A stretch of 64,000 nt of DNA from Myxococcota bacterium (GTDB lineage Bacteria > Myxococcota_A > UBA796 > GCA-2862545): positions 17,310 to 81,309 of the forward strand of contig JBCCQY010000019.1 in assembly GCA_039208735.1 (NCBI GenBank), given 5' to 3'. The notes under the pieces are model-generated. The model made no database searches, was not told the DNA's origin, and worked only from the letters and a program-made list of their open reading frames with translations. Position 1 is the stretch's first letter. Each line of letters begins with the position of its first letter. The position numbers and the translations under genes are program-made. This document shows positions 1-9,674 of this stretch, piece by piece.

Positions 1-3000
1 CCCGCGCGCCCAACGGGCCGTGTCCCACCCCGAACTCATGGTGCACCACGCCTTCGTGCAGGCGCAGACGCATTGGCGCAATGAGGGCATCCTCGACAAG
101 GCGTGCCACCTCCCCTACGACCTCACGCTCTCCATCGTCGGACCGGGAGGCCGCAGCTACGAGGTGAACCGAGCCGATTCGCGAATCCTGGATGACTACG
201 GATCGCGAGCCCTGGCCTACTTCCACCACCTCCACCAGGCGCTCTACAACACCGGCATCGAACGCGAACTCGACGGCTACCGAACGTCCTCTCGGGTCGC
301 CCTGCTCGACGAGGCCGGCCTCGACCACGACCCCCGGAACGGTGCGGCCTGGCGCTCCGAGGATGGTTCGTGGAATCCTCTATTTTGGACCGACCCCAAG
401 GGGGAACCGCTCGAAGTTGACTTCACGGGAAAGCTGCCGGTATCGCTTTGGTTCAAGCATCTTCCACCGGCAACCCTGACGGTGCCCGACGGGGTGTCGT
501 TGTGGGAGGTCGACGCGACCATCACGCGCAATGGTGTGCCGGTGGTCAACGTGCCCGTCGAACAAGTCGACCGCCAACTCGTCCTCAACCTCGATTCCGC
601 TCGCTCCGACCTGCTTGACAGCTACACCTGGTCGGACCCCTTGGTCGGAGCGTTGGTCAGCCACGTGACCGTCGTCCGAACCGCGGGTGGCGAGGACCTT
701 CCGCCGTTCCTGGTTGCCGACCCCCTGGAGGTCCTGCCTGCCCCACCGGTCCGCGTCGGGGTGTACTTCTACACCACCACCGAACTGATCATCATCGGGG
801 GATTGCTTGCGGCACTCGCCACACTCGGGTTGCTCGTCCGCGCCATCTTCTACCAACCACGGCGACTGGCCGCCGAGCTGCGGTGGCGAACCCAGGATGC
901 GCCGTGGCTCGTCGAGGACGACCTTATCGATCTCGAGAAGCTCCAAGATGCCACCGAGTTCGCTCGCGAGTCGACCATCGCACTGCGAGACCCCTTCTCC
1001 TCACGTTGGGTGCCGGGTCGCCGAGGCCAATTCACCATTCGCGTGGCTCGCCGCTCCTTCGTCCAGGCACAACTCCCCCTACGCGACCATGAAGGCTTCC
1101 AGAACCTCACGGGAGCCCATTGGACGGCGACGGGCGCCAATGGCCTTCGGACCCAGGTGGAAGGCGTGCCGTCGAGTCGTCTCGATCGCCAGCTCGCCCT
1201 TCAAGTTGTGACCCGCCACGATCGCATCGATCACGCACAAATCGCCGATCTCGAAGGCGTTCTCGAGGGCCGGGAGCACTTGTCGGTTGTATTGGAAGTC
1301 GACGTCCAGGTCGAGGATGCGCTGGGGCACTTCGAGCCCGTTCATACCGTGCTCTACAAGGCGCTACGGCTTCGCTCGGTTCGCGGTCAGCCCCAACCCA
1401 TCGCCACGGTCCAGGTAGACGACGAGGGCCGCTACGTAGCGCTCCCCATCGATCGGCCCGAAGAGGGACCGTTCGGCGCCATCATCCTTCAGAATCCGGT
1501 TCGGAGGAGCTGCGTCACGCTCCCTGTGCATTGGACCATCCAGAATGCCCAGGCGGTGATGGCCAGCGAAGACGGCACGGTGGAGTGCCACGACGTGCCC
1601 GTTCGGATGTTGATCCACCGGGAACTCGTCGCTGCGCATTCGTTCGTTCAGGACTGTGCCGAGACATCCGAGGTCATCCAACTTGCGCTTCTCCACCCTC
1701 CGGACGTGCTTGCGGAGGCGTCGCCCAAGCAATGGACCGTCAAGGTGAGCGTCCCCGTGTCCTGGCATGTGGTGGGCCAGCCCCATGCTGCACACCACCA
1801 GACCCTGACCGCGCAGTATCGTCTATGGGACCCCGAACTTGCCCGCGCCGTGTGCATCGACTTCGGCGCCAGCGCAACGCGTATTCTGCTTCAAGATCCG
1901 GATCCTCACGAGTACGGCTACCTCCCCATGGCCCACGGGATCGAGGGGATCGAACCGATGGACTTCCCCGCCGAGGCCTTCCTCCACGAAGATGACCAGG
2001 TGACGTTGCCCCCCCATGCTCGCCACGTGGCTGAGCCGGGCCGATTGGTCGAGTCGATCAAACATGCGATTCTCGGCAACACCGCGTCGAACGACCTTCA
2101 CCAAGCGCTTGAGCGGGTTGTGAAAGCACTCCTCGAGAGCCGATTGGCCCGACGCTTACAGACGGATCCAGAGGTGCTGACGCCCACCGGCGGTCGACGA
2201 ACCCTCGAGCCGGGCCCTCGTCATCTCGTCGTTGCGACCGTTCCCAATGAGGCGCCCCCCGCGTACCGACAGTCGCTGGTGAACGGCATCCAAGCGAGCG
2301 AGGTGCTGGCCGACCGCGAAGTCCAGATTCTGGCCGAGGCCGAGGCCGTGGCCCTGTGGCGGGCGGGCCAGATTCTCGGCGAGACGAATGCGGAGCAAGC
2401 GCCCTTCCATCTGCTTGTCCTCGACGTCGGCGCGTCCAGTTCGGATGCCGCCGTCGTTCGGGTGGTCCCTCATCTCTATGAACCGCCCGAAATCCAGGTG
2501 ATCGCCACTGGTGGGATCGCACGAGGCGGACGAGACATCGACTTGGCGTTCCTTTGGGCGGCGGGTGACTTGTCAAGGCCTCGCCATCCGAACCTCACGC
2601 TGGAACGCCTGGCCACGGACGGAGAGCGCCTGCGCATGCGGGCCGCGATGGAGCACTACAAGAAGCTCGCCGCAGCAGGAGAATTGGACAAGCCCATCGA
2701 GCTGACCATTGCGGGCGCAGAGCGAGAGTTGTTCTTGAACCGCCGGGTCCACGATCTCGCGCACCACATGCAGGTCCGAAACCGGACGTGGGAGCTGGCC
2801 ACGGTGCCCTTGTTGGCCGCGGCGGGTCGACTGCCCGCTCCTGTGGCCTTGACCGAGGTGATCCTGACCGGTCGGGCCTCTCGCACCTACTGCCTGGCGG
2901 CCAACGTCCAGTCGGCGCTCAAGCACATGACGCCCGAATCGGTAACCGTGCGACTCGCTGAGGCTCCCATGCTCAAGGCCGCCGTGTCGTTGGGTGCGCG

Positions 3001-3442
3001 CCAGCATGCGATCGGCTTGGGCAATTTCACCACGAGCAACCAAGTGTTTCGAGACCGGCTGATCTACGTCTGGCGCGATGCCCGGCGGAGAGTCCACGCC
3101 ACTGAGTTGTCGCCGGCCTGGCGGAGCGTGCCCCCGGACGGCCTGGACATCGAGGTTGAGCTGGCCGAGTCTCGGGAGGCTCGCATTTTCCGCACCTGGG
3201 TGGGGCTTCCTGCTTCCATGGATGCCACGGGTCCCACGATCCAGCGTCCCCGGATGGACGTGCGGGATCTCGAGCGACTGCTGAACGGCGAAGGCGGTCC
3301 CCCGTGGGCGGTCGAAGGCATTCACCCGGTCCCGTTTGAGATGGGGAGCTTGCGCTGGCGACGGAATGTCGGTCAACGCCGCACCGCACGCGTGCGGATC
3401 CACATGGACGCCAACCAACGCGTCGACATTGGAGCAGTCTGA
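1..3442 (+). CDS. Membrane-anchored divergent Hsp70/actin-fold ATPase. 5' end probably lies outside the window (first in-window start is GTG 20).
   Basis: Frame is open from base 2. TM helix LIIIGGLLAALATLGLLVRAIFY at ~785-853. C-terminal half carries ordered Hsp70-like motifs: CIDFGASAT, TVPN, EAEAVA, LVLDVGASSSD, GGRDID, ILTGRAS, LKAAVSLGA. Confidence 0.85.
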   Translation, partial: PRAQRAVSHPELMVHHAFVQAQTHWRNEGILDKACHLPYDLTLSIVGPGGRSYEVNRADSRILDDYGSRALAYFHHLHQALYNTGIERELDGYRTSSRVALLDEAGLDHDPRNGAAWRSEDGSWNPLFWTDPKGEPLEVDFTGKLPVSLWFKHLPPATLTVPDGVSLWEVDATITRNGVPVVNVPVEQVDRQLVLNLDSARSDLLDSYTWSDPLVGALVSHVTVVRTAGGEDLPPFLVADPLEVLPAPPVRVGVYFYTTTELIIIGGLLAALATLGLLVRAIFYQPRRLAAELRWRTQDAPWLVEDDLIDLEKLQDATEFARESTIALRDPFSSRWVPGRRGQFTIRVARRSFVQAQLPLRDHEGFQNLTGAHWTATGANGLRTQVEGVPSSRLDRQLALQVVTRHDRIDHAQIADLEGVLEGREHLSVVLEVDVQVEDALGHFEPVHTVLYKALRLRSVRGQPQPIATVQVDDEGRYVALPIDRPEEGPFGAIILQNPVRRSCVTLPVHWTIQNAQAVMASEDGTVECHDVPVRMLIHRELVAAHSFVQDCAETSEVIQLALLHPPDVLAEASPKQWTVKVSVPVSWHVVGQPHAAHHQTLTAQYRLWDPELARAVCIDFGASATRILLQDPDPHEYGYLPMAHGIEGIEPMDFPAEAFLHEDDQVTLPPHARHVAEPGRLVESIKHAILGNTASNDLHQALERVVKALLESRLARRLQTDPEVLTPTGGRRTLEPGPRHLVVATVPNEAPPAYRQSLVNGIQASEVLADREVQILAEAEAVALWRAGQILGETNAEQAPFHLLVLDVGASSSDAAVVRVVPHLYEPPEIQVIATGGIARGGRDIDLAFLWAAGDLSRPRHPNLTLERLATDGERLRMRAAMEHYKKLAAAGELDKPIELTIAGAERELFLNRRVHDLAHHMQVRNRTWELATVPLLAAAGRLPAPVALTEVILTGRASRTYCLAANVQSALKHMTPESVTVRLAEAPMLKAAVSLGARQHAIGLGNFTTSNQVFRDRLIYVWRDARRRVHATELSPAWRSVPPDGLDIEVELAESREARIFRTWVGLPASMDATGPTIQRPRMDVRDLERLLNGEGGPPWAVEGIHPVPFEMGSLRWRRNVGQRRTARVRIHMDANQRVDIGAV

Positions 3443-5580
3443 TGAGGGAGCTGCTGGCCCAGCTACAGCAGTGGCTGTCTGGGGTCATTTCAACGTTCAA
3501 CCACCTGATATTCGAGCAGGCTCCGCAACTCGAACAAAAAATCGACCCCGATGAGCAAGACACGTCCCCTCGACTCGAGGCGTTGCCCCCGCGGCCCTCC
3601 CTGCAAGGGGCCCTGGCCGCGGCCCGTCCCGATGATGGGCAGCAACACGCCGGTCTACAGCTGTGTGTGGACTTCGGGACGAGCGCAAGTGCAGTGGCCC
3701 TCGCTCGCGACGAAGACGGGTACGAGCTGGCCAACCTCGACGTCGAAGACGCCTCCAACGGTTTTCGACCACGGCAGACGGTGGATTCCGTATTCGCACT
3801 TCCGCACGATCGAAACAGTCCGGACGGTGCGGTCATCGGACGACTCGCCGCTCAGCTCCGAAACAACCCTCTCGGCAGCCACTACGACTTTTACCAATCG
3901 CTGAAACGCCGCCTGTCGGATGACGAACGTGGCGATGACCACACCCCCGAATTCCTTTTGGACATCCAAGTCGCGATCGAGGAGCTGCTGTGGTTGGCCC
4001 TCTACCCGAAGAATTCGGCCACCCTCCGTTTTGCACGTGAGCATCTCAACTTGCGTACAGAGTACGTCGAGGCGCTGGATACCTACATCGGCTTGCAAGG
4101 CGACTACCAGGTCGATGAACTGCAAGACGGCGTGGCCCTCCATCTCGCTGTGCCCAACGCGTTTGGGGCATACGAGTGCCGCATTCTCAAGAACGCTGCC
4201 GGACGGGCCCTTGAGAACGTGCTGCGTCGACTCACCCAGGTGTGTGAATGGCCCGAGGTTCCTTTCCAGACCGAACCTCACCTGATTCGTGAGGCCGAGG
4301 CCGTGGTTTGGTGGGAGCATCGGTTCCGACGTGAAGCGGGGGAAGTGCGCGACCCCACGATGCCATCCGAGCACTGGCTCGTCTTCGACGTGGGAGGAGG
4401 CAGCACCGACGCAGCCATCGTGCTGGTGGAACACTCGGAAGGGGTCTCGGTCCAGACGGTTCGCCACTCGGGCGTGGCCCTCGGGGGGAACGACGTCGAC
4501 GAACTGATGCTCGCGACGATGGCGGCGCAGGACATGGAACCCGGCGATGATGTCAACATCCATGCGACAAAGTTGGTTGGCAACACCCCCCACGGTCGAG
4601 GATGGCTTCTGCTCGATTACCAAGGCCGAAAAGTTCGTTGGGCCAAGGGAATGGCCAACGATCTTAAAGGCCAGACCAAAGAGGTGCTGCAGGAGTGGAG
4701 CCGCTGGATTCGCGAGGTGGTCACGGGCCGCCGTCATCGAGGAAAGGAAGAGCCGGTCAAGCCGGTTGGCGGATTGGTGACACCATTCGAGCCTCCGGGG
4801 AGCACCCGGGTCCAACTCGAACACCAGGACTACGGACCTCGACTCGCCCAGTACTTTAGAGCCACCGTCTGTGCGCTCCTCGACGACCTATTCGAGAGCC
4901 GCCACGACGAACAAGGCCAGATCGACGCCCCCATCGCCCGCGTGGTGATCTCGGGACGCGGCTCGCTGCTGCCGGGGTTGAAGGACGCGGTGGTGAACTA
5001 CCTGCTCCAGCGGCAGCTGATTCGGGACGCCGACCAGGTTGCCTACGCGTCAGCCGACGAGGGAGCGGTGGTGGCCGACGCCCTGAAGCTGGCCTGCGTC
5101 AAGGGAATCTGGGAGGCGTCGATGGCTCCCAACCGGCACATGCTTCACTTTGTGAACCAGGAGATCACCTACACCGCGCTGCAAGGGGATAACAAGATTC
5201 CCATCTGGAAACATGGTTCGCGACTGACCCCTGACTCGAAGGCCCGAGCGGTGATTCATCGAACCTTTCGGCGACCACAGATATGGCGGTTCTACCAGCA
5301 TCGTTTCCCGCGCACCATGGAGCGGTACTTCCCGGACGGCTCGCGGTGGGGCGGCTTCCGCGTGATCGGAACACACCGCCTGCAGCGCTACGGGGAGGAC
5401 GATGAGGCGTACCTCATCGAATTCGACTGTGCCGAATGGACCCTCGGTCTTTGGAACATCACCGACCTGCGACAGCCGCAGTGGGTCCAGATGGGTCAGA
5501 GAAAGGGTGCCTTCAAATCGAAGAACAACCCCATTTCCCAATTGAGGTGGGGCTGGCGCTGGGAAGGGGAGCGAACATGA
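3442..5580 (+). CDS. Soluble divergent Hsp70-like ATPase (not canonical DnaK)
   Basis: Motifs CVDFGTSAS, SLKRRL, AVPNAF, IREAEAVV, LVFDVGGGSTD, LGGNDVD, VISGRGSLLPGL, LKLACVKG. TGATG overlap with the upstream gene. Confidence 0.9.
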   Translation: MRELLAQLQQWLSGVISTFNHLIFEQAPQLEQKIDPDEQDTSPRLEALPPRPSLQGALAAARPDDGQQHAGLQLCVDFGTSASAVALARDEDGYELANLDVEDASNGFRPRQTVDSVFALPHDRNSPDGAVIGRLAAQLRNNPLGSHYDFYQSLKRRLSDDERGDDHTPEFLLDIQVAIEELLWLALYPKNSATLRFAREHLNLRTEYVEALDTYIGLQGDYQVDELQDGVALHLAVPNAFGAYECRILKNAAGRALENVLRRLTQVCEWPEVPFQTEPHLIREAEAVVWWEHRFRREAGEVRDPTMPSEHWLVFDVGGGSTDAAIVLVEHSEGVSVQTVRHSGVALGGNDVDELMLATMAAQDMEPGDDVNIHATKLVGNTPHGRGWLLLDYQGRKVRWAKGMANDLKGQTKEVLQEWSRWIREVVTGRRHRGKEEPVKPVGGLVTPFEPPGSTRVQLEHQDYGPRLAQYFRATVCALLDDLFESRHDEQGQIDAPIARVVISGRGSLLPGLKDAVVNYLLQRQLIRDADQVAYASADEGAVVADALKLACVKGIWEASMAPNRHMLHFVNQEITYTALQGDNKIPIWKHGSRLTPDSKARAVIHRTFRRPQIWRFYQHRFPRTMERYFPDGSRWGGFRVIGTHRLQRYGEDDEAYLIEFDCAEWTLGLWNITDLRQPQWVQMGQRKGAFKSKNNPISQLRWGWRWEGERT

Positions 5581-7994
5581 CCGTCTGGATCATCTTCACA
5601 TTGGCCCGAACGTCGACGGCGTCCGAGCCTGGGATCCTGGCCGCTTTCCAGCGACTCCCGGGGGAGCAAGGCTCTCGGTTCGTGAACACCACGTACGGAC
5701 AGGAGGTCGTCTCGCCACTCGTCCAGACGCTCAATCCCAACGACTGCGAGGGGGAGGCCTGGGCGGTCGGCGACCCCCAAACCCCTGCGTTCGTCGGTGA
5801 ACAAACCGAGGATTCGGGTCCCGCCTCCCTCGATGAGTGGTCCTGGTGCGAGGACCCCGCGAGGCCCTTCCCCTTGTTTGTCGGTCACCTGAGCGTCCAG
5901 GTTGCCCCGCCCGAAGGGCGAAAGCTTGATGCTGTCCTCACCGAAGCGTTGGCTCCCTACGTGGGAATCCGAAAGGTGTGGGAGCACGGCTTTTACTCGG
6001 TCGTCAGCAAATCCTTGGTCAACGAGCGCCTGCCCTGTTCGCTTTCAGGGTCCCCTTCGCGCAATTCGGTGGCCCCCCTCAGTGCCACCAAACGACATGG
6101 TCTGGATTCCCAAGAGCCCTTGCTGGTGGGCTGGTTCCGAGCCGATGCGAGCCCATGGTGCGAGGTGTGGCTCGACGCCCGCAGCGATCGGCCACGCCTC
6201 TACTCGCTTGATAGCGCCTGCGCCGTCGAGCAATCCGACGGGCGAGCGACCATCACCGGCGAACTCCAACTGTTCGACATGTCGCGCAGGCCCTCTCAGC
6301 TGTGCGAGCAGCCACCGGACAAAACTAAAGGTCCAAGGCCGCACTTCTTGGTTCAGTCGACCATCGACATCGAATGGCGTGCCCACCCTGAGCCCGCCCG
6401 CGCCTTTTGGTTGTGGGTGCTGCTCGGCCTCATCCTCGTCGGAATCGCGGGGGCCGCCGGTTACAGACTCTTCAAGTCCTGGAACTCGCGGAGCAAAACG
6501 GCACCGTCGGGCTCTGGGTCGTCAGGATTTGACACCACGCCCGCGATGGACCTTCGCGCATGGATCGAAGTCCTCTGGGCCGAACTGCATGCCGATCGTC
6601 AGCGCGAGTTTCGTTCGCTCAAGGACGATCGAATGGGCGTTTCCCGCTGGGTCATGGACGAGCACTCCCCCGGGCGAAGGCTGCGGGAGGCCTTTGAGGA
6701 ACGAATGAAAACCCCCTTCGGGGGCCGCCCCCCCGAAGGCTGGACACAGGCCCTCGAAGTGATCCATGACAGCCCACCCTTTGATGGAAAATGGACCGAT
6801 GACCACTGGAATGCTGCTCTGTGCATGGTCCTAGCCGGGTTGAAGAGCGATGCGGATCCGGGCCGCGGCTACGCGGACGTTCCTGACGCGCTCCACGTCG
6901 TGATGACGTTCTTTTGGGATCAAACCCCTCTTCCCGATCAAAGCGCTCGCGCACACGATGCGGTTCCCAGGCTTCTTCGTCACTTCGAGGCGCTTCAGCT
7001 TACCGACAAGGAGCCGCACGACTCGTTCCCCCAACGCCGATCCACGGTCGTCAATCGGCCTCCGCCCGACCTCCTCGACGAAGACGAGGAGGAGGACGAC
7101 GAAAATACGCAGCAGTTGGACAGTGCGCAGGTCGCTCGACTGAGCCAACACCAAGAGGTGCAGGAATTCCGCACCATCTTGCGCAATGTTCGTCAACACC
7201 CAAAGGTCCAGGAGTTGCTGTCCAAGGTCCGCCGAGCCTGTAGCGAAGGCAACCTACAAATGATCTTGGAAGCGGAGAAACTCCTCCGGGAGAGCGACCG
7301 TTACCTAGATAAAGTCAACGGAAGCAGAATCCGGAAAGGCTCACCGTACCATGTGAAGTGGTTGCAGCGACACGAGACCCTGACGACCGGGCTGACGGAT
7401 ATCGAGACCTTTGTGAAGGCCATCCCGGTAGCGCTCACAGGGCAGGACTTCGACGGTGCCTTCGCCGATCTCCTTCGTACCGAGTTTCAGTATCAGCCGA
7501 AGCCTCGTCCAGACCTCGAAAGTCGAGGCATTGCGATTTGGAAGGAACTTTGCGGGCGAATCCAGGACACCCCCCGACCTGATGAAGGCGACAGTTCCGC
7601 AAAGAACCTGTTGCAACAGATTTACGATCGCTTCTTCCTTCCTTGGTTTCATGTTGCTCAATTCATGCAGTATTCGCTCCGCAACGAAGTTCCCAAGATG
7701 AGAAAGGGAACACCTAGTGACCACGTTGGCCTCCTCAACCAGTACGTCGCAAGGTTCGGCTACGAGTTCATGCGCATCCCGCTCTATGACGGCGAGCGAA
7801 AACAGAGCCACTACGCCGGAACAGACATGATGCAAAAACCTACCGAGCCGAGACAGTGGTACGAAGGACTAAGCAACGCTCCCCGGTTCGAATCCGGAAC
7901 GGTGATTTGGGTCGAAACGCCCAAACACATCCAATCACCGCTAGGCTACCTTGAACCCGGAACATTCCTCTACTTGGCTCCTCAAGCTTCGTGA
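5577..7994 (+). CDS. Single-pass membrane protein: Cys-containing N-terminal domain, TM, cytoplasmic helical domain with GrpE-like C-terminus
   Basis: ATGA overlap at 5577-5580 after a purine-rich RBS (GGAAGGGGAG). TM FWLWVLLGLILVGIAGAAGY at ~6405-6465. Acidic linker DEDEEEDDE. C-terminal region aligns by eye with 8094..9674. Confidence 0.8.
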   Translation: MTVWIIFTLARTSTASEPGILAAFQRLPGEQGSRFVNTTYGQEVVSPLVQTLNPNDCEGEAWAVGDPQTPAFVGEQTEDSGPASLDEWSWCEDPARPFPLFVGHLSVQVAPPEGRKLDAVLTEALAPYVGIRKVWEHGFYSVVSKSLVNERLPCSLSGSPSRNSVAPLSATKRHGLDSQEPLLVGWFRADASPWCEVWLDARSDRPRLYSLDSACAVEQSDGRATITGELQLFDMSRRPSQLCEQPPDKTKGPRPHFLVQSTIDIEWRAHPEPARAFWLWVLLGLILVGIAGAAGYRLFKSWNSRSKTAPSGSGSSGFDTTPAMDLRAWIEVLWAELHADRQREFRSLKDDRMGVSRWVMDEHSPGRRLREAFEERMKTPFGGRPPEGWTQALEVIHDSPPFDGKWTDDHWNAALCMVLAGLKSDADPGRGYADVPDALHVVMTFFWDQTPLPDQSARAHDAVPRLLRHFEALQLTDKEPHDSFPQRRSTVVNRPPPDLLDEDEEEDDENTQQLDSAQVARLSQHQEVQEFRTILRNVRQHPKVQELLSKVRRACSEGNLQMILEAEKLLRESDRYLDKVNGSRIRKGSPYHVKWLQRHETLTTGLTDIETFVKAIPVALTGQDFDGAFADLLRTEFQYQPKPRPDLESRGIAIWKELCGRIQDTPRPDEGDSSAKNLLQQIYDRFFLPWFHVAQFMQYSLRNEVPKMRKGTPSDHVGLLNQYVARFGYEFMRIPLYDGERKQSHYAGTDMMQKPTEPRQWYEGLSNAPRFESGTVIWVETPKHIQSPLGYLEPGTFLYLAPQAS

Positions 7995-8093
7995 TGCACG
8001 CGCGCCATGCGTCATGGAGCACGCCCATCCCCCCCTGGGCCATCGGAGCCCGGCATGTCCTTTTCTTGACCCCTCAAGGCCGCTGAATCGACC

Positions 8094-9674
8094 ATGCACA
8101 CACGAATCTCTATCGATCCCGATCATGTTTCCCGAGCCATTGGCGGCACCGGTTTTGCAAGAAATGCCTCCCCTTTGGGGTCGGCTGGCGTTACCGAAAG
8201 CATCCTCGTGCATCGCGGAGACTTTCCCGACCGCCACTCCATCGTCTACATTTTTCCTTATGCCAATACGCCCTTTGAGGAGTGGATCAACGACGCGTTC
8301 GAGTTTGAGGCTGCTGCCTGGCGTGCATACTGGACGGAACTCGAAGTCGCCCTCGAGCTGTTTCGTGCCCCGGCCCCCGGAGCACCACCCCAAGCCCCCG
8401 TCCTGACCGCCGTGCCGCTCCTTGGAGACCTCGAAACGGCGATCTTTCGCGCCAACTACACGCCGCTAGGCAGCGAAGCTTCCTTGCCCATGTTGGTTCG
8501 ACCCTACGTCGAGTGGCCACAAGCGGAGTCGCTCGCAGAACTGCGAGGGGAAGCTGCGATTGCAAAGCTCCACGGGCTCCTAAATCGCATCTGGGCCCGT
8601 CTTCATCAAGAAGGCTATCTTCCAAGTCCAACCGAGCATCTCTCGTTGGATTCGTTGGCCGAGGGCTTTGCTGAGCCGTGGCATCTCCTAAGCGATGGCG
8701 ACCAAGTGGTGCCCACACAGTTTCGCTTGTTTCATGCTGACTTTCGACGCATTCGACGCAATCGAGCTCGGCCTCGCCACATCAATACCCAGCCAGTTCA
8801 AAGGTCTTCATCGCCCGGGCCTTACACCTCCGCCTCATCCCTTGGCCCAGACGGCGACTTCCTGGCGGATACCGTTCGCGGAATCGATAGCCACTCGGTG
8901 TTCAAGGACACGATTTCGGAGATCATGGCACTGTCGAACCGGATTCTTCGGGATGCCCAACGAACCGTCGCTACGAGTCAACGTCTTCGGGAGCATGGCC
9001 AGCGGGGAACCCTGCAATCAGCCATGGCCTACCTCGGCGAGTGGGAAAGACAAGAAAACCTGCTTCGGCGTGGTCTCAATCTGCTGACGGTGTTCATGAC
9101 CGGCGCCGCGAAACTCATCGACCGGCCGGGTAGCATCGAAGACCGTGTGCAATCGGTCATGCAACTTCCCGAGTACCAAAGCGTTCAAAGCCCCGATTCC
9201 ACGAGATGGAAGCCAGGTTTCCAAGCTTGGAAACTGCTCTGCTCTAAAATCCCCGCCGCCCCTCGGCCAGACGGCGGAGCCGCCGCAGGCCATCAAGCCC
9301 AGGGTGGGATGTTCCGCCAAATCGTCCAGCCTTGGATAGCGCTTGCGCAATTCCTCGAAGAAGCGCTACCGGTTGAGGTGCCCGTGCTGCCAAGAACCGA
9401 TCCGGGTCACCAGAGCACCGCTCAACACGTCGCGAGTGCGCTGGGCTTTGAAGTTTCGCCCATTCCCTTGTACCACCCCACGCGCGTAGCCAGCCATTAC
9501 GAAGGTACCAATATCGATATCCAACCGGCACCGCCGGGCACCGTGTTTCACGACCTTCCTGCTCATCCGACGACCCACGACGGAGCCGTGGTCCGGGTGC
9601 AATTCCCCCACCTCATGCGCGCACCGTCGGGACAAGGGCAACCCTCGAGGATCTGGGTACTCCATTCGGGATGA
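8094..9674 (+). CDS. Soluble paralog of the cytoplasmic part of 5577..7994; GrpE-like C-terminus
   Basis: Shared blocks: WKxLCxxIxxxPRPDxG, PWxxxAQF, LxxEVP, GxExxxIPLY, RxxSHYxGT, GxVxxVxxP. Confidence 0.8.
   Translation: MHTRISIDPDHVSRAIGGTGFARNASPLGSAGVTESILVHRGDFPDRHSIVYIFPYANTPFEEWINDAFEFEAAAWRAYWTELEVALELFRAPAPGAPPQAPVLTAVPLLGDLETAIFRANYTPLGSEASLPMLVRPYVEWPQAESLAELRGEAAIAKLHGLLNRIWARLHQEGYLPSPTEHLSLDSLAEGFAEPWHLLSDGDQVVPTQFRLFHADFRRIRRNRARPRHINTQPVQRSSSPGPYTSASSLGPDGDFLADTVRGIDSHSVFKDTISEIMALSNRILRDAQRTVATSQRLREHGQRGTLQSAMAYLGEWERQENLLRRGLNLLTVFMTGAAKLIDRPGSIEDRVQSVMQLPEYQSVQSPDSTRWKPGFQAWKLLCSKIPAAPRPDGGAAAGHQAQGGMFRQIVQPWIALAQFLEEALPVEVPVLPRTDPGHQSTAQHVASALGFEVSPIPLYHPTRVASHYEGTNIDIQPAPPGTVFHDLPAHPTTHDGAVVRVQFPHLMRAPSGQGQPSRIWVLHSG

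Noticed and set aside
5436..5576. Upstream extension of the 852-aa ORF
   Set aside because: It overlaps the previous gene; the ATGA-coupled start at 5577 with an RBS is better supported.
1..5580. Calling the two ATPases dnaK/hscA or mreB
   Set aside because: Only the actin/Hsp70 fold motifs are shared. There is no DnaK linker or lid, no dnaJ, isc or mreCD context, and one copy is membrane-anchored.
8065..8078. CTTGA-CCCC-TCAAG as a heat-shock operator (HAIR/CIRCE) or FNR box
   Set aside because: Spacing does not fit HAIR (CTTGAGT-N7-ACTCAAG), CIRCE or FNR; 5-bp arms can arise by chance.
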